A DNA stretch of 64,000 nucleotides from Candidatus Sericytochromatia bacterium (GTDB lineage Bacteria > Cyanobacteriota > Sericytochromatia > S15B-MN24 > JAQBPE01). The notes beneath the pieces are model-generated. The model was not told the origin of the DNA and searched no databases. It saw only the letters and a program-made list of their open reading frames with translations. A program made the translations under genes and the position numbers. The stretch is taken from assembly GCA_035284745.1 (NCBI GenBank), contig JAYKIL010000021.1, forward strand, positions 9,197-73,196, given 5' to 3'. Every line of letters begins with the position of its first letter. Positions within the stretch are counted from its first letter, which is position 1. Shown here piece after piece: positions 10,701 to 18,722 of the stretch.

Positions 10701-12694
10701 GCCAATTCTAAGCACAAAAGGTCACGCAAGGCAGGCGCAGAATTCAAGGATTCAAGAAAACCCGCGCGCGCAGCACCAAAATCTCTCTTTGAAAGAGCCC
10801 GTCGGCCATCGAACCAATGACACCATCCTTGGCCCTCTGATGTTTCCCCCAAGACCCGCTGGGCCAGCAGGAAGTGTTCAGAATTGGGTGCGTCGAAATT
10901 CGCAAGCGCAAGCAACACCCAGAAGGTATTTGAAAAACTTTGCTCCAAGAGCAGACCAGGCGACACCGGGGCGACCAGGCGGGCAAAAGCCTTCAGCCGC
11001 CCCAGTGAGTGTGCCTCCAGAGCGGTAAGAGACAATGCGACGGAAAAATCCGCATCCGCACCGGCTGCCAATGCAGCGAAAACACGCCGCGAGGCTGGAA
11101 CACTCGGAAGCGCGGCAATTCGTCGTTGCCAACGCATGCGATCCCCAAAAGTGGCCTGGTTTTCGATGCGAAATCCATCGCCTGAGGCGAAAAAGGTGAT
11201 CCCCCGACCACGACAAACGAGCCAAGCCGAGTCAATGGCCCGGGCCAGTGCTTGAAAAAATTCAAGCACTGGCATATCCATCAAGTCCATCAACGTTTCA
11301 AATGACGCCCACCCCCCCGCGAGTTGCAGGGCGAGCATCAATTCTCGCACCACTTCATCCGGCCAGCGGGGTTGATGATGGACACTTTGCCACAGTGACT
11401 GAACCGCCCGCACACGCGAAACATCACAAGACGTCAGGGAAAAATCTGTTGTCGCGGGCCTGAGGGATTTAACCAGGGCCTTCGGGACTGCTTCCTGCGC
11501 CAGACTCCCTTCCTCTGGGCGAAGTTCCGGACCCGCCGCCGCAATGCCTTCATCCGCTTCCGGGGCTCCCAGCAAACAGATGACATGCCGAAACGTTGAA
11601 CGACTTAATATTTCATCCAGCAGAAGTCGGTCTGAGGCCGCCAAAGTGGAGACATCCGGGAAAAACAGCACATCCAAATGTTCGGCAACGCCCTGCGCCA
11701 ACTCTTCCATACAGGCCTCTACATAGGCCCTTTGACCCAAGTCACTCAAATACACAGAGACCGGGTCAAAGACAGTCTCAGAAGGAACCCGAGAGGCTCC
11801 GTGCGGCGCGGGCCAGCCAGGAATGAGGTCCCGCAGTCCCTCCTCTGGTTGCCCCAAGACCGTCCGAAAGCGGACAGGAAGCGCCTGAGCAATCGCATGC
11901 GCGCAGGTGTCGGCCAGTGCCCGGCGCATCGCGATATCGGACGTGAGAAGCCAAACCGCCTGAGGCCGCAAGGCCTTATCAACATGCAGGAGGCAATCGC
12001 CGGCCACCTCAACGGTGCGCTCCCGTTCGTTTCTCGTCAACAGAAGTTCTGACGACATTCGCGGGGCCGTTTCAAACCCCAGAAGGGCAAGTGCCTCGCC
12101 TGGTTCCTGATGCCGCAGGCATTTTAACGCGTTTTCAAGGTGCAACGGACGCCCGGCGAGACGAGAGACGTCTTCTAGCTCCTCACAGAGAAACAACCAA
12201 TCTTGCCTTCGAAAATGCTCGTGCGGACCATCCTCCCCAATCACCTGAGGCTCGAAATCGGGCGCCAACAGACGCCACTGCCCCCGCGAATCATAAAGCA
12301 GAGAATCCAAGGTCGGCCGCAAGCCCACCACACCCACCTCGTGGGCTCGGTCTATCAACGTGACCAGCTCCCCAAAAAGCTGCACCGCCGCCTCAGGGGA
12401 TGCCTCGCCACCCCAAGCGCTCCCGCTCACAGGAGTGAGCCACGCCCGAACTTCCCCGGCGCCATCAGTGTCGACGTTCAAATCCAGAAAAAGCGTGCTG
12501 CGGAGGCTCGCGAGTCGCCATAACTGCCAGACAAAATAACGCTTATCACCCTTCAGGGAAGCGCCATCAAATTGGACACAACGGCGCACGGCTGCGCCGT
12601 CTGATACCAAAAATGACACGGCCATTCGGCCTCGCCACGCCCCGGGGAGGGAGGCGACATCCCCCGTCTGCAGCGACACCAAACTTTCTTCCAT
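7706..12694 (-). CDS. Giant multidomain sensor histidine kinase: N-terminal degenerate Ser/Thr-kinase-like domain, NTPase/TPR-like central region, GAF-like regions, C-terminal HisKA + HATPase_c
   Basis: C-terminus has H-box AHEINNPLGAV and ATPase G-boxes (DTGSGIP, GKGLGLSVCRRIIERLGG). N-terminus has a kinase-like catalytic loop and DFG remnant (VVGLRPTLDSLLYD ... LLAPDFEP). 1662 aa single ORF. Confidence 0.85.
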   Translation of the reverse strand: MEESLVSLQTGDVASLPGAWRGRMAVSFLVSDGAAVRRCVQFDGASLKGDKRYFVWQLWRLASLRSTLFLDLNVDTDGAGEVRAWLTPVSGSAWGGEASPEAAVQLFGELVTLIDRAHEVGVVGLRPTLDSLLYDSRGQWRLLAPDFEPQVIGEDGPHEHFRRQDWLFLCEELEDVSRLAGRPLHLENALKCLRHQEPGEALALLGFETAPRMSSELLLTRNERERTVEVAGDCLLHVDKALRPQAVWLLTSDIAMRRALADTCAHAIAQALPVRFRTVLGQPEEGLRDLIPGWPAPHGASRVPSETVFDPVSVYLSDLGQRAYVEACMEELAQGVAEHLDVLFFPDVSTLAASDRLLLDEILSRSTFRHVICLLGAPEADEGIAAAGPELRPEEGSLAQEAVPKALVKSLRPATTDFSLTSCDVSRVRAVQSLWQSVHHQPRWPDEVVRELMLALQLAGGWASFETLMDLMDMPVLEFFQALARAIDSAWLVCRGRGITFFASGDGFRIENQATFGDRMRWQRRIAALPSVPASRRVFAALAAGADADFSVALSLTALEAHSLGRLKAFARLVAPVSPGLLLEQSFSNTFWVLLALANFDAPNSEHFLLAQRVLGETSEGQGWCHWFDGRRALSKRDFGAARAGFLESLNSAPALRDLLCLELAPLEKTRWSDASPDETRALPRTSQWPSTYWTPAISLVVEGWGVWRRLEDGTLAPEVAWLEGSKFREAAARWGLWQLLGDLLGAIAASAISRERYGVAAEAYSELRALTARHSIERERVEFEELWAVLQTGSLERAQQLLVEWTPPEQTLLSRALSQLVAYAGGGGADPIPTIRAAWRESAEIDDAVWGERLLVSWADVLLFQGRLAELFESAPFGSLDAEAVPRGIGLRRAEAYLRDGALFDARALLEVLWAEAAWESAPGLAARWHWLWARLHLARGQVEVAREALVAAAEWSRLAGTEALDIDIALIRGKISGLSGARSEPQQHFEYALNLAESLPAPHHRALVLVELAGFSESDEERLALLEQARAHFAVWVDPLGPTERQIFLGWPERAAAWGAMQASFHEAGAENSWASRPSLLEFLEVPPSFSEVLKWLQGTLRAQIPVSRILVYLRSDEGKLSLVDGWAEPGGTVALDSPLPFPHALERVATEKASLWVHRELEFPSWMSQEVFLGAGLEGLLLVPLCAPPARAHEMAWGVVYVESGHAWSELTGQLKDTVRAVTAAAGLVLRCLHNEEDARRKDARVAFLNSLNQALAGAMDMGGLLQLALEQVLKVTEGEQGFVFFGDDFACRASLDCAGGRPDPSLISRTILSRVLQARKALTILDVGQDQELLQTASLMLRNVRSVMCVPLLLDETLLGALYVSSSSANRTFAQRDLDVLTAIAAQVALMLQNVQAFDTIRELNQSLEEKVRQRTEELERTLHELVQIQDQLLESEKLATVGTLAAGVAHEINNPLGAVLVNAQMLRLELTDPSLLESVALIEDGAQRCKEIVEALLSFSKVKQSPSEEIDVARVVREAIDLVSLQASFRDIDLNVVGGPVPGALGSESDLRQVIVQLLMNAAYAVREREIGLRCVRVNLLREWNGIVIAVSDTGSGIPVSLQRRVFDPFYTTKGVGEGKGLGLSVCRRIIERLGGSLTLESQEGEGSTFRILLPSP

Positions 12695-12851
12695 ACTCGT
12701 CGTGAGCCCTTGTCAAAACTTCGGATGAGGCCGTTCGGCCCCTTCCTCCGTACCCGCGCCAACTCTTGTGAAACCTAAAAACTTCCAACACACGCGTGGA
12801 ACTGGGGTAGAATCAAGCAAATTCCACCCCAAAAATCGCTTGGAGCCTGCT

Positions 12852-14180
12852 ATGTCTCTACTCAATCTTCCCCTCTACGCTGAACGTCGGCGGCGTTTTA
12901 TGGCCGCAATGGAAGGTGGTGGCGCGATTTTCTTGGCACCACCGGCTCGTGTCCGCTCAAGGGATACCGACCACGCATATCGACCAGACAGCGACTTTTT
13001 TTATCTCACCGGATTCCGCGAGCAAGGGGCCGCCTTGTTGTTGGTTCCAGACCACCCGGAACACCAGGTGATCGCGTTCGTCCAGCCTAAAGATGCACAC
13101 ATGGAAACCTGGCACGGGCGCAGGCTTGGAGTCGACGCAGCGCCTGTTCACCTCGGGGTCGACGCGGCCTACCCCATCGATGAGATCGAACGGATCCTGC
13201 CCAAATATTTGGTGGGCGTGCCAAAGCTCTATTGCCAGCTCGGGGTCTGGAAAGAACACGACGAACTGCTGTTGAGGCTTTTGCCTCGTCTGGGAAATCG
13301 TCACACGTCACCGCCCGACGCACTGATCGCCACGGGCCGCCTCATCCACGAGATGCGCCTGCGAAAGGATGCCACTGAGATCTCGTTAATGCGCCAAGCC
13401 GCAGCCATCACGGCGACGGCCTATCAAGACGCCTTGCGATTTATCCGCCCGGGACACTTCGAATATGAAGTTCAGGCAGCCCTTGAGAACGCTTATCGTC
13501 GACTCGGCGGAGAAGGTCCTGCCTACCACCCCATCGTAGCGGGGGGAGAGAACGCAACGATCCTACACTACAACGAGAACGATGCACCGCTCCAAGCGGG
13601 CGACTTGTTGCTCATTGATTCGGGGGCAGAATACCAGTATTACGCCTGCGACGTCACAAGAACCTACCCAATCGGCGGAACGTTTTCCGAGGCCCAGCGT
13701 CGCGTTTACGACCTGGTTCTGCGGGCAGAAAAGGAAGCCATTGAAAAAGTCCGCGTCGGAGAGCACGTCAAGGGTTACCATGAACACGCCGTTCGCGTGC
13801 TCACCGCCGGTATGGTTGAACTCGGCTGGCTCCACGGCTCCGTGGATCAACTCATTGAAACGGAAGCATACAAACGCTTTTATATGCACGGGACCGGTCA
13901 TTACTTAGGCCTCGATACACACGATGTGGGACGCTACAAGATCAACGACCAATGGCGTGCCATAGAACCTGGAATGGTGGTAACCGTCGAGCCTGGCCTC
14001 TATGTTCCTCACGGCACACCCGGCGTCGATCCCATTTTTTGGGGCATTGGCATTCGGATTGAGGACGATATCCTGGTCGGAGACGATGGCGCGCCCGACA
14101 ACCTAACGTCGGCCATTCCCAAGGAGGCTGTCGCCATTGAGACCTTGCTGCGCCAGAGTGCTGGCTCGGCGGTTGTTTAA
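12852..14180 (+). CDS. pepP: Xaa-Pro aminopeptidase (M24B family)
   Basis: AMP_N-like N-terminus (YRPDSDFFYLTGF) and M24 metal-ligand motifs (DSGAEYQYYACDVTRT; HGTGHYLGLDTHD; GMVVTVEPGLY). Start at ATG 12852; the upstream track extension lacks RBS context. Confidence 0.85.
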   Translation: MSLLNLPLYAERRRRFMAAMEGGGAIFLAPPARVRSRDTDHAYRPDSDFFYLTGFREQGAALLLVPDHPEHQVIAFVQPKDAHMETWHGRRLGVDAAPVHLGVDAAYPIDEIERILPKYLVGVPKLYCQLGVWKEHDELLLRLLPRLGNRHTSPPDALIATGRLIHEMRLRKDATEISLMRQAAAITATAYQDALRFIRPGHFEYEVQAALENAYRRLGGEGPAYHPIVAGGENATILHYNENDAPLQAGDLLLIDSGAEYQYYACDVTRTYPIGGTFSEAQRRVYDLVLRAEKEAIEKVRVGEHVKGYHEHAVRVLTAGMVELGWLHGSVDQLIETEAYKRFYMHGTGHYLGLDTHDVGRYKINDQWRAIEPGMVVTVEPGLYVPHGTPGVDPIFWGIGIRIEDDILVGDDGAPDNLTSAIPKEAVAIETLLRQSAGSAVV

Positions 14181-14310
14181 TACAAAAATCTTTAGGTTTC
14201 AGGCAACGCACGCACGAAGAGCCCCAGCACCTTTCAATCACGGGTAAGTGCTGTCCATTTCAGGTCTTTCTCCGTGTTTCAGTCATTTTTTCGTGGTATT
14301 CCATACAGCG

Positions 14311-15360
14311 ATGACGAGGAACACCAGATTGGGCAGCATCCGGACTGAGCGTCCACCCTCCGAGGCCATCACACGGAGGCAGTTTGTAACTCGCACGGGG
14401 GCATACGCTGCGGGGTTCGCCGTTCCTGGATGGATCCCCGGCCACAGCAACGAAGCAAAGGAATACAACGGCCCCCGGCTTCTCCGCTTTGCGCACCTCA
14501 CCGACCTTCACTTTACGAGCCGCGTGCAAAGCAGATACCCAACAAGCCACCGCCATATTGTGCGGGCTGTGGAGGCCCTCAACTCTGAATGGCTCGATTT
14601 TGTGCTTTTCACCGGCGATATGTTTCATTTTCCCGAAGACTTTGAAACAGAATTACCGGCACTGCGCGATGCGCTGAAAGGACTTAACTGTCCCTACTAT
14701 TGTTTATTCGGTAACCACGATGCAGAAGGTACCGGCCTGCGCCAACGCAAACTGAGGATTGCGACCCTTCTCGGCGATCGCGGACTCGCGGAGGGAAACA
14801 GCTATTATTCTTTCACGCCGGTGCCAGGACTGCGAATCATTGCGCTCGACACAACCGATACGGGTGAAGACCATTACCACGGCTGGGGGGGCACGATCAG
14901 CCAACGGCAGTTCGTTTGGCTTCGGGAAATTTTGAGGGCCGCCCGGGATGAAACCGTATTTCTGGCACTGCACCATCCTCCGATTACCCCGTACCCATTT
15001 CTCGAAAAGTTACGCCTTGAGCCCAAAACAGCCCACCGCCTTGGCCAAATCATCGCTGAACATACACAGGTACAGTTGGCTTTTGCCGGCCACTATCATT
15101 TCGGCGCGTGTGATCAATTCGCGGGCGCTCACCTCATTATCGGACCCTCTTTGGTTGAGCATCCCCATCCTTATCGACTTTTCGAACTTTTCCAAACCCC
15201 CGAAGGCGCCCTACGGACACATTTCAGTTGGCACACCCTCCCCTTGCACGAGCACGAAGACGAGCGTTGCGTATGGAGCCTTGCAGGAATTCGCGGGCAC
15301 AGCCTGCAGCAAATTAGCTACGCCCGAACGGGAAACCTCTTGATTAGAGGCCCCGGTTAA
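14311..15360 (+). CDS. Tat-secreted calcineurin-like metallophosphoesterase
   Basis: Twin-arginine signal TRRQFVTRTGAYAAGFAV. Metallophos motifs HLTDLHF, GDMFHF, GNHD, LHHPP. Confidence 0.7.
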   Translation: MTRNTRLGSIRTERPPSEAITRRQFVTRTGAYAAGFAVPGWIPGHSNEAKEYNGPRLLRFAHLTDLHFTSRVQSRYPTSHRHIVRAVEALNSEWLDFVLFTGDMFHFPEDFETELPALRDALKGLNCPYYCLFGNHDAEGTGLRQRKLRIATLLGDRGLAEGNSYYSFTPVPGLRIIALDTTDTGEDHYHGWGGTISQRQFVWLREILRAARDETVFLALHHPPITPYPFLEKLRLEPKTAHRLGQIIAEHTQVQLAFAGHYHFGACDQFAGAHLIIGPSLVEHPHPYRLFELFQTPEGALRTHFSWHTLPLHEHEDERCVWSLAGIRGHSLQQISYARTGNLLIRGPG

Positions 15361-15462
15361 AATGGAACGCAGGCCGTGTAAGATACGTACATCAGAGATG
15401 GTATTCCTCCTCCGCACTTTTCGCGCCCAGAAGAAAGTGCACTGACACGACCGAGGCTTCGC

Positions 15463-16581
15463 GTGTCCCGCCTGACCCAATCGCTCATCATCCCACCGCC
15501 TCCCCCAGACCCATACCGTTCCCTTTTCCTAAAGGGAATTGCCGTCACGGCAGGGGCGTTAATTACGCTGGCATTGGCGTGGAGCCTGGTGGCCTTGATT
15601 GAGGTGTGGGTCATTCTGATTGGGGCCCTCCTTGTTGCAGCGGCCCTCGGCCCACCTGTTGAATCCTTGATGCGCGTCAAGTTGCCCCGTGTCGCCGCCG
15701 TTGGGGTGACCTTTCTCGCAGTCTCCGCGACAGCGGTCCTGTTGTTGATGGTCCTCATTCCCCAGGTCATGACCCAGGGGCAAGACCTTGCCGCCAGTCT
15801 TCCCAGCTATGTTGACCGTTTGCAAGAATTTCTGACGAAACTGCACGCGCGGCACAAGTTTGTTCCCGAGGGCAGTTACCTCATTGGTTACGTGGCCGAA
15901 ACCGGCTCCCAAGTTCTCGCCAACGCTTTCACCATGACCGGTAAGTTTGTTTGGCTGGTCATCGTTTTCCTTTCGATTCTTTTTTTGGCTTTTTTTATGC
16001 TGCTGGATGGCCGCAGGTTGCAAGAAACCCTTGTTCGCCTCATTCCCTCCCGACAAAAAACACAATTCCCGGAACTTCTGCAACAGGTTGAACTGCGCGT
16101 GGGGCAATACATGGCGGGGCTAGGAATCATCTGCGCACTGGCAGGGCTCTTGACCTGGGGTGTTCTGGCCTTGCTCGGGCTCCCCTATGCCCTTTTGGTG
16201 GGCGCCATCACCGCATTATTGCAAGCCATTCCCTTTGTTGGACCCTTAATTGGCGGCGCACTTGCCGCTCTGATCGGCCTTTCGCAATCGGGAACCCTGG
16301 CCCTGTGGTCCATCTTTTGGTACGCAGCGATTCAGCAACTCATCGGCCAGGTGCTGTTCCCGTGGATTATGGGACGCAGTATCGGGATGCACCCCGCCTG
16401 GGTCGCCGTGGTGCTGTTGGCAGGAGGCACCCTCTACGGTCTCACCGGAGCGTTCTTGGCAATTCCCGTTGCCATCGCCGTCTCAATCATTTTGGAGTGT
16501 TACTACCTCCCTTGGGCCGACGCGAAGTCTACGGAACGAACACCCCCCGCCCCGACGCCCTCTCCCGCGCCCGAGAGCTAA
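15463..16581 (+). CDS. AI-2E family transporter (PerM/YhhT-like permease)
   Basis: Polytopic membrane protein with AI-2E signature regions (AITALLQAIPFVGPLIGG...FLAIPVA). Confidence 0.8.
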   Translation: MSRLTQSLIIPPPPPDPYRSLFLKGIAVTAGALITLALAWSLVALIEVWVILIGALLVAAALGPPVESLMRVKLPRVAAVGVTFLAVSATAVLLLMVLIPQVMTQGQDLAASLPSYVDRLQEFLTKLHARHKFVPEGSYLIGYVAETGSQVLANAFTMTGKFVWLVIVFLSILFLAFFMLLDGRRLQETLVRLIPSRQKTQFPELLQQVELRVGQYMAGLGIICALAGLLTWGVLALLGLPYALLVGAITALLQAIPFVGPLIGGALAALIGLSQSGTLALWSIFWYAAIQQLIGQVLFPWIMGRSIGMHPAWVAVVLLAGGTLYGLTGAFLAIPVAIAVSIILECYYLPWADAKSTERTPPAPTPSPAPES

Positions 16582-16793
16582 AAAAACCCCAAGATTTTCC
16601 GCAACCAAGGAAAGCGTCGCACCGCGCAGCGCACATCCCGACAGAACCCCGTGACTGCCTGCATTTTGGTGCGTTGCGCACATGCGTGCCCCCCCCGAAA
16701 AGACATAATAAACAGGTACAAGGGCGAAAAAGCCCTCAATGGGAGGCAGGGACCTCAAGCCCTGGACTCAAGCAGCATTCAAGCAGGACATCT

Positions 16794-18722
16794 ATGACTC
16801 CTCAGTCGTTTCGGACCAGCACTCTCCGCTCGAGCCTCGCTCTGGCGTTGTTGCTCGTCCCGCAGTCTGTCCAAGCGGGGACGGTTCAATCAGATTCCCG
16901 CCAGGTATTGGGGGCTCCTCAATTCCACACGCAGGCCGACCAGCTACGAATCCCGGTAAGGGGTCGTGGGATGCCCAAATTTTTGCTGCAAAAGCTGGCT
17001 TCTCGGCAATATGTGGTCGACTTTTCAGACTGCGAAGTACCGGGGCCTCGCCACAGTGTGGCACAACCAACGGAGAGCCATCTGGCGGGTTGGTCGATGG
17101 CGAAGACGCCACACCAGCCCAATACCCGCCTCAGACTCACGATGCGGGACGACACGCCTCCTCAGGCTCATTTCGACCCTACGCGCCACGAAGTCATCTT
17201 GTCTTTCGCGTCGACACCGTCCCTGCATCAAACGGCCCCAGCGATCACGCTGATGGCAAAGAAGAACGAACAAGTACGCCCAGAGGCAGAGGTCACGCAA
17301 AGTGCCCGTGCGTCTCACCGCATCGTCAATAGGCCCGTGTCTGAGGTGCCCTTGGTTCTCATTCAAGCCAGCGATTCCCCGCCTCGTTTGAAACAGCCCA
17401 CCGCTCAAGAGAGAAACGTAATCCGTCAAAAAACCCCCGCGGTTTCGCGCGCTGCAAAGATAAAAACCTCTTATCACGACATTCTGTCAACTGCCCACGC
17501 GCGCGTGGGAACACCTCACTTTGATAGGACGAGTCAGCAGTTGGTCATTCCGGTCATTCAGGGCAAAGTCAGCCAAAACGCAATCAAGACATACCGTCTC
17601 AACAAGCGCTGGTCGTACCTGGACATTGAAGGGACATTGCCGGCTTTCAGTGGCGTTCGCTGGCAGGAACGCCCCGACTTCAAATTCCAGCGTTGGGTAT
17701 CCGCGAAGCGACCGCAGCGCGCAGCGACACGGGTTTCCTTCGCATCGGGTGTCGACGTGCGACTGGCCGTCCGCACGACGCCCAAAGCAGTGTTTGTCCG
17801 CGTCATTCCTACGGCGGTTCATCTGGGAACCTCTCCTAAAAAGTCGATTCAGGCCGCGGCCCCCAAGCCGTTAAAAATCCTGCAACCGAAAGCACCACGC
17901 CAACAAGTCACCGAGACGAAGGCGACTCATTTTGACACGGTCATCACACGTCCTTACTACGACACGGAGCGGTTTGGTTTGGTTTTCCCCTACGAAGGCC
18001 GTTTACCGCTCTTTCGCTATGCCACCAAGTCCGACCAGAAGGTCGTCCTCGAGCTGAAAGCCTCGCCGCGTCATCCAAGCCACCTGCAACCCACGGCCGT
18101 GGAGAACGCGGAATGGGGCAGTTGGAAGCTCATCAAAAACAGCCAAAGCCCGTTCTTGCGCTTGGAATTCAATTTCAAGCATCCCTCGGAACTCTCCATT
18201 GCCGCCGACCCCACGCGCCACCACCTGGTCCTGATTCCACATCCGCGCACGAAGCGCCACATTGCCTCCCATCGCGGAACCCAAGGGTGTTATCTCTCAC
18301 CCGTCGCACTCGACCAAAGGGAAGAAAACCTCTTCATCCCCTACACTGGCAGCGTCCCACAATACTCCATCGAGCGGGTGACCCCCACCTATGTGAACTT
18401 AATCTTTTCCGCCGCCAATCTCCGCGAGGCAGGCGTGCAACTCCACACCACCGCCCTCGGGTCGCCCCTAAAATACGCGCTACTCTCGCAACCCGCCCAC
18501 AGCACGGTGCGCTTGGCGGTTTCGCTGACCGTCCCCGCGGAAGTTAAAGTGTTCCAAGACGCCTCACACTCCCGGCTGGTGGTCGCCTTGAACCGTCACG
18601 CCGAACCGGCAGGCGAGGGAAACGAAGGCACCTTGAAACGGCCCGCTCCCTGGCCGCACACGGACAACACCCAACAGGCGAATCCCCTGATGGACACGAA
18701 CAGCCTCTCTCGCCGTCCCTAG
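16794..18722 (+). CDS. Secreted protein built from about four tandem AMIN-like repeat domains
   Basis: Signal peptide LALALLLVPQSVQA after ATG 16794. Four ~100-aa repeats each ending in ...V.L..(R/H) beta-rich segments, resembling AMIN domains. The track ORF start at 16305 overlaps the upstream transporter and is rejected. Confidence 0.45.
   Translation: MTPQSFRTSTLRSSLALALLLVPQSVQAGTVQSDSRQVLGAPQFHTQADQLRIPVRGRGMPKFLLQKLASRQYVVDFSDCEVPGPRHSVAQPTESHLAGWSMAKTPHQPNTRLRLTMRDDTPPQAHFDPTRHEVILSFASTPSLHQTAPAITLMAKKNEQVRPEAEVTQSARASHRIVNRPVSEVPLVLIQASDSPPRLKQPTAQERNVIRQKTPAVSRAAKIKTSYHDILSTAHARVGTPHFDRTSQQLVIPVIQGKVSQNAIKTYRLNKRWSYLDIEGTLPAFSGVRWQERPDFKFQRWVSAKRPQRAATRVSFASGVDVRLAVRTTPKAVFVRVIPTAVHLGTSPKKSIQAAAPKPLKILQPKAPRQQVTETKATHFDTVITRPYYDTERFGLVFPYEGRLPLFRYATKSDQKVVLELKASPRHPSHLQPTAVENAEWGSWKLIKNSQSPFLRLEFNFKHPSELSIAADPTRHHLVLIPHPRTKRHIASHRGTQGCYLSPVALDQREENLFIPYTGSVPQYSIERVTPTYVNLIFSAANLREAGVQLHTTALGSPLKYALLSQPAHSTVRLAVSLTVPAEVKVFQDASHSRLVVALNRHAEPAGEGNEGTLKRPAPWPHTDNTQQANPLMDTNSLSRRP

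Noticed and set aside
12700-12850. Candidate sigma70 promoter (ttccaa ... tagaat) upstream of pepP
   Set aside because: The spacing between the hexamers is ~19 nt and the match is weak, so it is not reported as a feature.
16305-16793. Long N-terminal extension of the AMIN-repeat protein ORF
   Set aside because: It overlaps the 3' third of the AI-2E transporter gene in another frame. The signal peptide begins right after ATG 16794, which is the more plausible start.
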